Of a DNA stretch of 64,000 bases, positions 1 through 10,624 are shown piece by piece. This DNA is from Octopus bimaculoides (lineage: Eukaryota). The stretch spans positions 112,334,946 to 112,398,945 of the forward strand of contig NC_068982.1 in the NCBI RefSeq assembly GCF_001194135.2, given 5' to 3'. Under the pieces are notes generated by a model, which made no database searches, had not been told where the DNA came from, and saw nothing but the letters and a program-made list of their open reading frames with translations. Position 1 is the stretch's first letter. Every line of letters starts with the position of its first letter. A program made the translations under genes and the position numbers.

Positions 1-1253
1 AGAGACGGGCTATAAGTACTTGGGGATTTTGGAAATGGATAAATTGATGGAGAGAGATATGACAGAAAAATTTAAGGTGGAGTACTTGCTCAGACTGAGA
101 CGGATCTTTAAGTTGGAATTAAACGGACGGAATAAGATTGAAGCTATTAACACCTGGACGGTTTCACTCCTTAGATATGGAGCAGGGGTAATCGCATGGA
201 CAGTAGACGAAGTAAACAGTTTAGACAGAAAGACAAGGATGTTGCTAACTAGATATGGGACACTCTACTCCAAAAGTGACACAAACAAACTGTATGTACG
301 AAGAAAAGAGGGGAAAAATGACTTATTGGATGCGAACACAGCGTTAGAGCAGAAGACAACAACATAGCATGGTATGTAAAAGTGCCACAGAACCGCTATT
401 ACTAGAAGTAAGAAGGTCAGGCTTCTGTAGGATGAAAGATTGCAAAGATAAAGGACTGTACAAGCAATTGAAAGCGAATGAAACTGAAAATATGTGGGTA
501 AAGAAAAGAATGCAAGGACAATTTAATAGGGATATTGAAGATTAGACAGACAGAGAAAAAAGATAGCTGTGGATGACTAAAAGTGATTTAAAACCGGAAA
601 CGGAGGCTCTAATCTGTGCTGCCCAAGAGCAAGCACTAAGAACAAACTATATTAAATACAGAATAGACAACACACCAGAAAGTGAAAAGTGCAGAATTTG
701 TGGACAAAATGGTCAAAACGTATGGCATATTACCAGCCAGTGTACGCCACTAGCCCAGNNNNNNNNNNTTACCAGCCAGTGTACGCCACTAGCCCAGAAG
801 GAATATAAGAGACGCCACGACAATATAGCCAGGCTTGTCCATTGGACACATTGCAACAATTATGGAGTTGACAGATCAAAAAATTGGTACGACTACAAAC
901 CCGAAGGCATCGTTGAAAATAAAAATGCAAAGATCTTATGGGATTTTATGATTCAGTGCGACCATGAGATAGAGAATAGGAAGCCAGACATATTCTTAAT
1001 TGAGAAAGAAAACAAACTATGCTGGGTAATAGATATACCATGCCCAGCTGACAACAAGGTATGCGATAAGGAAGAAAAAAAAGTCGAGAGATATGACAGG
1101 TTAGCTTGGGAAATTAAGCAGTTATAGTCGATGAAAACGGTAGCAGTACTACCAATAATTGTCGGAGCCGTGGGAACAGTGAGCAAAAATTTTCGAGAAG
1201 TAGGTGGAACAAATAGGGGCTGCAATAAGGGTGGAGCACTTGCAGTAAACAGG
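1..1253 (+). mobile_element. R4/Dong-clade non-LTR retrotransposon fragment A (RT C-terminal/thumb region, CCHC zinc knuckle, restriction-like endonuclease); frameshifted and 3'-truncated
   Basis: ORF 20-367 gives NKIEAINTWTVSLLRYGAG...LDRKTRMLL...LYVRRKEG (post-RT region typical of R4/Dong). ORF 573-1127 gives CRICGQ..VWHITSQCTPLAQKEYKRRHDNIARLVHW (CCHC + RHD) and KILWDF..NRKPDIFLI..CWVIDIPCP..EKKVERY (PD-(D/E) RLE). After the stop it continues as VPIIVGAVGTV. Clade assigned from recalled family motifs. Confidence 0.85.
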
Positions 1254-2780
1254 TTTTGTCTTGTTCGTGTTTTGTGACTATTTGTATTAGTTTTCCTTGC
1301 TTCTGAAGTAAGCATTTTTAAAATTCCTATGTTGGTTATTTTGTAATAGTTTTCTAGCTGTACAAGGCCTCTACCACCTTCTATACGTTGTATATATAAC
1401 CTTTCTATGTCAGATTTTGGACGGTGCATCCTAATTCCTGTTATTATTTTTCTTGTTTTCTTGTCTATTTTGATTAGGTCTTTTAATGTCCAGTTAAGGA
1501 TGTTGTAGCTGTAACTTATAACTGGGACGGCTAAAGTGTGGATACCTCTTATCTTGTTTTGTTTTTTTTGCATTGAGCTCTGTTTTCAGTATTAATCTAA
1601 CTCGTCTAAAGTATTCTGTCCTTATTTTCTCTTTCATTTGTGTCTGTGTTGTATCGTATCTAGTTCATTGATTCCTAAATACTTATATGTCTACTTTTGG
1701 TCTAATTCCCGTATTTCATTTGCTTTATCTAGTGTGATGTTGTTACGCTGAGCCATTTTCCTCTTTTCAAGGTTGCTTTGGCACATTTTCCTAAGCTATA
1801 TTTCATATTTATTTCTTTGGTAAATCCATGTACTGTCTGCAAGTAATGTTTCCAGCTCTTTATCATTTGTAGCGTACAGTTTTAGGTCATCCATATATAA
1901 GAGGTGGCTGATTGTTTTGCCGTAACAGTTGTATTCGAATCCAGTTCTGTTTAGCATGTCAAATAAAGGTGTCAGTGCCAAGCAAAAAAAAAAAAAAAAG
2001 AGTGGAGAGAGCGTGTCTCCCTAGAATATTCCACTTCTTATGGGGATGGCTTTGGTTTTTATAAGTCCCTCTTTAGTTTGAAGCTGTAGCACTGTCTGCC
2101 ATTTATTCATAGAGTGTTTTATATATTTTATGATTATTGGTGCTACCTTGTTCATGGCTAGTTTTTCTAGGATCGATGTGTGGGGAATACTATCAAAAGC
2201 CTTTCGATAATGCATCCAGGTCATATTTAGACCTTTCTTCTTTCTGCAGCTGTCTTTAGTTATGACTTTATTGATCATTAGTTAATCTTTACAGCCCTAT
2301 ATGCTCTTGCAACATCCATTTTTTTCTTCTGGAAACAGGTTGTTTTTCTTCCAGATGCTTGCTCATTCTCTGCGATCTTATTGCAGTAAAGGCTTTGTAA
2401 ATTGTAGGGAGACAAGTTATTGGTCTGTAATTTTGTGGATTTACCGTTTCAATGGATTTGGGGATATAAAATTTTTTTCCCTTTTGCGAGCCATTCAGGC
2501 ACTGTCACTGACTCTGCTAGTATGTTATTAAATTTCTCAGCCTGCTTTTTGTGTGTTCTTGTCAGATATTTTAACCAGAAATTGGGGATCTTATCGTGTC
2601 CGGTGCCTTCCAGTTGCTTAGTTTTTGCAGTGCCTGGATGACCCCTTCAGTTGTTATAGGGGTCCAGCGTCGTTCAGGTGCTGAGTTCGTTGCTTTAATA
2701 GACCTTTTCTGATGTTGTTTCTTTGCCAACCATATTTCTTTCCAAAATTCCTTCACTTCTTCTGCTGTTGGTGCTGCATT
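1254..2780 (-). mobile_element. R4/Dong-clade non-LTR retrotransposon fragment B (reverse transcriptase domain); multiple frameshifts, truncated at both ends
   Basis: Minus-strand pieces in colinear order: EFWKEIW...LQKLSNWKAPD (2571-2756), WMHYRKAFDSIPH...IRSGIF (2021-2278), MALTPL..LNRTG...ISHLLYMDDLKLYA (catalytic YMDD, 1796-1981), NKIRGIHTLAVPVISYS...DKKTRKII..HRPKSDIERLYIQRIEGGRGL (to ~1260). Confidence 0.9.
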
Positions 2781-2786
2781 GATGAC

Positions 2787-2859
<73 letters not shown>
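2787..2859. repeat. (ATT)n/(TAA)n microsatellite, about 24 units; tail of fragment C and/or Dong target array
   Basis: Perfect ATT run lying between the 5'-truncated end of fragment B and the 3' UTR of fragment C. Confidence 0.95.
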
Positions 2860-2861
<2 letters not shown>

Positions 2862-3110
2862 TTGGTTTTATTTTTATAGCGTGCTTCTACTTCACTACCG
2901 AGCGCAGCTCTGTGTGCCTTGGGTATGTGCTGTGGTTTGCTGTGATGCTCTTATGGTTACTGTATTGAAAGTGTTTTGCGTAGGATGTGTGCAGTGCCCA
3001 GTAGTGCAATTTTCTGTATGTTATATATATTTGTAAGTCCTGGTTTATTTGTTATGTATTTGTCTGAATATTTTTTTTTATTATACCTAAGGCACCTACT
3101 ATGATAGGAA
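2860..3110 (-). mobile_element. R4/Dong element 3' end (fragment C): last ~50 codons of the RLE domain, stop codon, ~100-nt 3' UTR, then (TAA)n tail
   Basis: Minus strand reads approximately PIIVGALGIIKK..YITNKPGLTNIYNIQKIALLGTAHILRKTLSIQ* (stop 2957-2959). This matches the typical ..LGTAHILRK.L C-terminus of R4/Dong ORFs and is followed by UTR and (AAT)n. Confidence 0.8.
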
Positions 3111-3214
3111 TTGTTTCCTATCATAGTAGGTGTTTTAGGTATAATAAAAAAATATTCAGAAAAATACATAACAAAAACACCAGGAATTACAAATATATAT
3201 AACATACATAAAAA

Positions 3215-3217
<3 letters not shown>
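3009..3217. repeat. ~100-bp inverted duplication (fold-back) of the 5' part of fragment C, 4-nt loop TTGT at 3111-3114
   Basis: 3115-3217 (ttcctatcatagtaggtgttttaggtataataaaaaaatattcaga...) is the reverse complement of 3009-3110 with a handful of mismatches. Confidence 0.9.

Positions 3218-3290
<73 letters not shown>
3215..3290. repeat. (ATT)n microsatellite, about 25 units
   Basis: Perfect ATT run, same orientation as 2787-2859. Confidence 0.95.
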
Positions 3291-3291
<1 letters not shown>

Positions 3292-5595
3292 GTAAGAGCA
3301 CATATGTGAAAGGCCTTGTAGCCAGTAACGAAGTGTTCTTGCGCATGTTGTTCTGACCTGTTTTCAGATCATTCGTTGATATTCTCTATTTGTGGGCAAG
3401 ATTTATATGGGTACTCATTTCCATATAGAGAGCTGGATGTATGGCTATATATAGTAGTCGTTACATCCTTATTTTATTTTTAGTTCTTCTCTACACAATT
3501 GTGTCATGTGATGATACATAACGCCCACCTAATCGAAATCATGAAAGTATATGAGTTTTCACGGAGTTCAAAAGTACTGGATAAAAATACAGATAATTCA
3601 CATAAACAGCAAAATAAATGTATGTACGAGGTAGACATTTTTATGGAGATTTGTACGAGAACGGTACAATTGAGACGTTTTACAAAAACAACAATGAGGC
3701 AAAACTCACATACACGCAGGCGTGTTCACATACACACGCACACGCACACACACACAAACACACAGACATACACGCGCGCGCACTCATGCACACTTTCATT
3801 TATCAAATAAAAGTAACGTTGGAAATTTGAATGTAGAAATAGTTTCATCTTTCCTAATTTATATAATAGACGCACTTTGAACATTTAATATTTAGCTAAA
3901 AAATGTTCCAGCGACAACATTTTATGTCAACATAGCTATTTTCTACATGAAATTGTCACATAAGCGTGCAATGCAGGACAAGGAAGGTGACTAATCTGTG
4001 CATTGCCAAAGCCATAACAGCTTTCTTTGTGCCCTCTAAGGAACAGCTAAAAACAGCTCTCGATGATACGTGGAATACAAGTTACACCGGATGAAGGTGA
4101 GCGTATTGCATGATATATACTATATTAAAACTCGTAGAGAGTTCGAACAGATAAGATCAGTAACTGATTCATATACTTGCCAATCCATAAACTAAACAGA
4201 CAATATTTGAAACAAATAAAACGTGGGTCAATGACATGTATGGGGACATAAACTTCTGGACGGTGGTCAACTTCGTTGCACAATATGGATTTGTGGTCAA
4301 TACTGAAATTGATTTTTGACAATTATGTGATCGAACGAGGGTATGTATTGACATACAAGTGATGATGACTCTGCAAAACTACAAAACCATTCCAGAATTC
4401 TATTCTCCAAACGCAGTCGACAGAAATCTTTATGGGCCGTGGCAGAGAATAGTAGGCGCAGCTACTACTCTTGTGGGAGTAATTGTTATTTAAGTGCTTT
4501 CTACCCCGAAGGGCCGGAAATGCTAAATAAAAATCGTAGTAACAATAGCAGTAGTCGGCGGCTGTAGTTTCTATGGCAGCAGGAGCTGGTTAGAAAACCA
4601 AAGGATACTTATACCTGCCTTATCTAGCAGCGCCGCCTAACTTTGATTATCTGATTATGAAGACGTGGAAAGTAAAGATAGATGGCAGGTAGTGGGAGAG
4701 TGAGGAATGAACAAAAAAGAGAAAAAAAGGAATGAAAATACACACCGCCATACCACAAATATAAGCGTAAAGAAAACACCCCAAGATAAGACAAGCAAAA
4801 GTGTGTGACGGAGCTTAAATCTCCTACCAAAGTCAAACAGAAGTTCATAGTTCGACGTTTAAACAAACGTAGAAATGTTCGAATTTATTACAAAAAAAAA
4901 TAAACGACTGCGTGAAATATGTTGTCTAATGATGACTATGGGTACCTCCGCGTGTAGTAATTTCCAATTGCTGGTAGGGAAATAGATTTATGGAGTGCGT
5001 GACAAAGTAGTATTTCTTTATCCTTTGGTCCTTTTCTTTTATATTTACGTTTCCATTCTGAAATTTTTACCTAAATCATAAACAAGTTATGAACTGAGTC
5101 AAGTTTTGTTTTAAACACGAATGAAAAGGAAACAATATTATGCGACAAAATGATTGGAGAGACGATATCTTCGATTACAAATTTGTTGCTTTCAATTGTT
5201 TAAATTATAGCATTATTAATTAATTAAAGTCAAAATAATGAATATCTACAATATAATTTAATGAACGGTAATTTTCTTATCTAATTTACAACTTTATCTC
5301 TCACAAACTTGTTTTATGTTTTGTAAATAAATACAAAATAATTAGAAATTAAATAACACAAAAGCAGAAAAAAAACCTACTTTATCACAGACAAAATATT
5401 TGTTCATTTTGTTATGTGCTATACATTTTATATAATTCTATTTTTATGTACGTCAATCATTGGAAGTATTTTACTGCGGAAACTTGCAAGAAAAATTTCC
5501 GGATGTCAATGCTATTTGAATTGAATCATTTCCTATGCGATTTTTTTTTATCGAGACGCAAATAATTTGAAATGTAGAATTATATACATTTAGTT

Positions 5596-5598
<3 letters not shown>

Positions 5599-5661
<63 letters not shown>

Positions 5662-5800
5662 TTATTTATATACACACGTACACACATAATACTCGCACGC
5701 ACGCACACGTAGACACACACATGTACACGCGCACACACATAAACACTCGCAGACACACATACACACTTGTATATATAACCACATATATATACAACTTTAA
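5599..5800. repeat. Compound (CA)n-(TA)n microsatellite with degenerate CA/TA extension
   Basis: Direct reading. One of dozens of similar arrays in the window. Confidence 0.9.
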
Positions 5801-8195
5801 ACAAAATTCCATTGTAAAGTAATAGTTATATATTTGGGATTAAGTTTTAATTAATTTATATAGAATCTAAAACCAGGGTGTAGTTCACAACGGATTACAC
5901 TGAGCCATTTCACTTTTACTTAAAGGAAGACATTATTGCATTTTATTTGGCATGTGAGGTAATAAAGTAGATTACATTATATTTGTACAGTAAATCACTT
6001 AGATGTTGTTTAAAATAATTTGAAATATATATATATTTCCTCCTTCAACCTTTTTAATGCAACTAGGTTCTAGTTTCTGCATTCCCGTAACTTTTAGAAT
6101 ATTCCGATTGTTAGATTTATAAGATTTCAAAGTGGAATTGTTAAATTCATTGGCAGTATAAACAATCTTTCGTATTATCCATTTGACTATGGATTTATTT
6201 GTAATGGATAATGTGATTGATTGTCATTCAAACATTTCTCAATGGAATTTCCAACGTCAATGGAGGGAATTGTCTTTAATCAGAAATCGAAAACGAGGTA
6301 GAGTGTCAGTTCCCAGGGAAGCTATTGCATTTTATTGTTATTACCATGAAAATATAAGCGATCTACTTCAGCATAAAAAAATGATTTTAAATGTTCTAAT
6401 ACATTTGCATTCCTCGCAATTTTATAATGGAGACGGCATTTGAATATGCAAATCAAAATTGAGGGAAAACATCAGTGAGCAGATATCAAGTTAAACAATA
6501 GAATCGGATTCCTTTTACCATGAAGTATTGCGATAGAGATTATAGTTAAGATTGCGATTGCTGCTATCAGAGCATTATAATAGATTACAGCTAAGGTTCA
6601 GTTTGCTGAGATGAACGTACAACTTATGGATTATTCTAGCGTTTAGTGTTGCTGTTTATATATTTTATATTCTCTCAAGGTAATCTGACGGCTAAAATGC
6701 GTAACTAAAGCACATTTACTGACATAAATACCAATTATATCAGTTCAACTAAAGAAAAATATATCGACAAAACACATTTCATTTTGACTAAATAATATTT
6801 AGAGCAGTTGAATATTTTCAAAGGTATTGTCGACGAATTAACAATGCAACTATGGGCGACATAATGGTCAAATGAAAGAAAAAAAAGATCGGTTGAAATA
6901 AAAGAAAACAGATTTATTGCTGTGAATGAATATTAGTTTGTGTCAGAATTTTGTCTGTATAAACTAGATTCGGAGATGTACTGTACCAATTTTACCATTT
7001 TCGTAACCTTTTTAATGGAATTGTCTTTCTAAAAACATACTATCTAATGTATATAATGTCGATTGTTGTTGAAGAACTATATATAAATGGTTTTATTTCT
7101 CTAGAGAAAATACTCAAATATACACATAAAGGGCAGTAAGTAAAAAGAATATTTAAACATTCGTTCATCAAAGTTATTATTAATGTGGTCTGTAATATAA
7201 TTTCCACTTTTTCACCTTAACACAATTGTTTTTGTTTGTCTATTTTTAACAGATATTAAGCAACCGACTTCAGTTATTTAGTGAGAGGAATCAAAATATA
7301 TTTTCCCGGATTTTTAACATTGATGTGATTAATGAAACAAATAAGAAAATAGACATGCCATACTGTAACTTTCTAAAATAGACGTATTTGCATGCACATC
7401 ATATATATATACATATATATATATANNNNNNNNNNATAAATAGATTCAGAGTTTATATACGTACAATATATATATATATATATATGCACTAAGCTTACGT
7501 ACACACACGCCAATCGACATTTTCTCTCTCTAGTCACTTGTCTTGCCAAAATTTATCGACACATACCTCAGATCACAACCTACGGTTTGGTAAACATTAG
7601 ATAATGGGATACAGGGGCATATGTTTGGGAAAAGACGAGGAATCTTCTTCTACCACGAATCTGTTCCATCAAGTTTGTTCAACTATAAAATACCTCTTTG
7701 ACAACGAGAATGACATACAAAACATATATGTATATATTATAGAACACATAAGTTCATCATTTGGCTTAAAGTTCAGTATTTCTGGAAATGATCGGAGATA
7801 TAGAAAAAACACAGCAAAAAGAAAGAAACGACATTTCAATTTTTTTGTTATTTTATTACTCTTGTTTGGATAACAGTATGGAGGCCAAATAAAGTTTTAC
7901 GAAGCTATGTTTTTGTAACACCTCACACAAAGCAAAATGTTTGCATGTGGTTATTCTTTGCACAACAACATACATACATCCACAGATACATCCACACATG
8001 CACACGCGAAGGCACACATGTATCGACGCGTATACAAAAGAAACATTTATATATAGAAGCAATATTTATGTGCTGCCAGTTGTATATGAATTCAACTTTT
8101 TGTCTATCTACCAGCTATCTACCACAGTCATTTNNNNNNNNNNATATATACATATCCATCCATCCATACGTACGTACATACATACATACATACAT

Positions 8196-8273
<78 letters not shown>

Positions 8274-9282
8274 TACATATGCATATATATATATTACATA
8301 TGCATGTATGTATAATCGCAGGTGCCATATATTCGTACATTCGTGATACATGCATTACTATCTATTTTGAATATTTACCTAGCCGGTGGCACGTCCCTCT
8401 TACTAGCCATCTGGGTGGAAAGAATAAACTATGATGTGTAAAGACAGCTATATTTGATCCTACTGCCAGCGAAACACCGATGATAGATAAGCATACCACA
8501 TCAATGATAATCTAAATGAACATCAATACATACTTACCGGTGTATATAAATACGCTAAGGTATCCCCACTTACAAAATATTTCACTCTATTACACATTAG
8601 ATTCTATATAAAGTATGCTATGTATGTAGCATAGTCTTTGCTCTGTATTTGATCTAATCATTCGTTGTGGCTTTTTTAACTGACAGGAAATTGCTTTTAT
8701 TGCCCTGCCAATGTTTTAGTACATTGTTTTCACTCATCTTCAACTAATACTGAGAAAGAAGAATAATTACGTCTTGATACGATTGTACATTGTACACTCA
8801 ATGCACACAGCCGCTCATATGCGCAGACACACATACACAAACACAGATGGACTCCTGGCTATCTGTCTGTCTCTCTCTTTCTATCTATCTATCTATCTAT
8901 CTATCTGTCTGTCTATCTGTCTGTCTGTCTGTACATGATACAGTGTACGCAAGAAAACATTCATTGCTAAACAAATAATATACAAGAAAGGAACCATTAG
9001 ACATACAACTTCGTCACATATGAAGTTTGGTAAGCCAAAAATTCGAGGTCACACTCGAACTTTTCCTTTTGAAATTTAATAAATTTACAGCCTCAGAAGT
9101 ACTAAATGCTCCATTAGTTTAATGTTAAATTGTTTCATATGACATAACGTTAATATCAAATATACATATATATTCCCATCTACATACATATATACATACA
9201 CACATACATGCATATATACATACACATATATATACATACATACATACATACATACATACGTACATACATACATACATACATA

Positions 9283-9700
9283 CCACGGTGAGACGTTATG
9301 CCGCAGCTAGGGCACTGTTTAACGAGATCCGTCGAAAGGATAACTCCGGAGGCAAAGAAATAAGTACCCACAGTATGGTGGAAACCATAGTCACGCATAA
9401 TAAAAGGAATATTGGTGGCATGTCCCATTGAAAACCTCAAGAAAATGTAAACACAATAGACCTGATATAACGATTTGGGATCGAGAAGAGAAACTGTGTA
9501 CATTTGGGGAAATCAGCTGCCGAGAGGGTGTTAACATGAAACTGAAAATCAGTGAAAAACAGAAAACTACACTGAACTATTGAGAAATCTTCAGTTACTC
9601 CAACCAGATTACAAGATAAACTTTATGCCTGCAAATGTTGGGGCACCGTCCAGTAGAGTTGCAGGAGATTCATAAGTCATCTCTAGACCGTAGTTGAAGC
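9283..9700 (+). mobile_element. Degenerate RLE-type (R4/Dong-like) LINE 3' fragment
   Basis: With frameshifts the plus strand reads ..ALFNEIRRKD...KEYWWHVPLKTSRKCKHNRPDITIWDREEKLCT..EISC...NMKLKISEK..NYTELLRNLQLLQPDYKINFMPANVGA. This is the W..HNRPD..W..EISC..EK..Y..L..P..VGA pattern of the restriction-like endonuclease. Confidence 0.7.
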
Positions 9701-9829
9701 CAATGACGACTTTATTGAACAAATTTACTCTTTAGTATTTCGAGATATTTTTATGTAATGTTGGTAAATATATTTGATAAAATGAGATGTCAGTGTTATT
9801 TTGATTTTTGCGTAATTTAAACGACAGTT

Positions 9830-10084
9830 TATTCACTGCACCCTGTGCGTGTGTGTTCCCTTCCGGTCATTTCAATATGTGACCACGTGTATATCGTTGG
9901 CGATTTTCTTTCTCCGTCTTCCCTTCTGTGGACTTTTTCTATATTTCTGATGAAGAGCTCCGCTCGAAACGTAAAATCGTCTTTCTTTTCTTTCCTTTCC
10001 TGAGCGTCCAATAACACTGTACTTATTCCACGTCCTCGCGTTCTTGTGTTTTCGTGTTTTTTCTTGCTTGTTCATGTTTGGATT

Positions 10085-10090
<6 letters not shown>
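9830..10090 (+). mobile_element. Short hammerhead-containing interspersed repeat, probably a Penelope-like element terminal-repeat remnant
   Basis: Pyrimidine-rich segment containing the hammerhead core, then ttcctgagcgtcc and a (TA)n run. A similar downstream motif (ttccctgaacgt) follows the relic hammerhead at 23941. PLE assignment is inference from the hammerhead type; no PLE ORF is visible. Confidence 0.45.
9943..9977 (+). ncRNA. Minimal type-I hammerhead ribozyme motif with intact catalytic core
   Basis: ATTT-CTGATGA-A-GAGC(TCC)GCTC-GAAA-CG-TA-AAAT. Stem I attt/aaat, core CUGAUGA, stem II GAGC/GCTC, GAAA, palindromic ACGU in place of stem III, predicted cleavage GUA at 9973. Confidence 0.65.
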
Positions 10091-10118
<28 letters not shown>

Positions 10119-10239
10119 TGAATGACCCGTCCTTGTTTTCTTTGTATCGTCTATCTGAATGTTTTGTTGTCCCTTTTTGTATCACCTTACTGTCTGGATG
10201 TTTTGCGTTCTTGTCCCATTTTGTATTTTAGTCATGCTA

Positions 10240-10284
10240 ATTCAGGCTGATGACGAGCAAAAACTCAGAAACATTTCCCTGAAT
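10240..10284 (+). ncRNA. Second type-I hammerhead-like motif, slightly degenerate
   Basis: ATTCAGG-CTGATGA-CGAG(CAAAAA)CTCA-GAAA-CATTTC-CCTGAAT. Perfect 7-bp stem I (attcagg/cctgaat), intact CUGAUGA and GAAA, stem II gag/ctc with a C-A mismatch, stem III non-canonical. Confidence 0.45.
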
Positions 10285-10466
10285 ACAGTCTAGGCTGGGT
10301 GGAGGTGCTTGTCTCCCCCTTGTAAACATAAGGACACAGGAAATGTGTCAAGGCCGACAGGAAGCGGTCCAGCTTCCCAGGGCTAAATGGCAGTAGTATG
10401 ATTCCCTTATTGAGGCTGTCACGTTAAGTTGACAGTATACAACTACTTTATATATATATATATATT

Positions 10467-10624
10467 GACGAGTTTCTTTCAGTGTCTGTTTAGCAGATCC
10501 ACTCATAAGGTTTTGGTCGGGTTCAGGGCTATGATAGAAGACACTTCCTTAAGATACCATGCGGTGGAACGGAACCCGCAACCCTCCGTGTGATTCGGAA
10601 CAAACTTACCTCACAACCATGCCT
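10467..10624 (-). mobile_element. SINE family 2 (tRNA-like head), 5' portion
   Basis: Reverse complement of the family pattern ggttgtgaggtaag...gggttccgttccaccgcatgg...gtgtcttctatcatagcc...ccgaccaaaacctt...gtggat...actgaaagaaa, also seen at 12097-12475. Confidence 0.6.

Noticed and set aside
730-797. 29-bp direct repeat inside the LINE zinc-finger region
   Set aside because: The copies flank a 10-N gap, typical of unmerged contig overlap.
8530-8542. ATACTTACC resembling the U1 snRNA 5' end
   Set aside because: Similarity ends after 9 nt; no U1 body or Sm site.
10340-10400. Possible HDV-like ribozyme (ggccgac..ggaagc/gcttcc hairpin)
   Set aside because: Only one hairpin; the P1/P2/P3 nested pseudoknot pairings could not be built.
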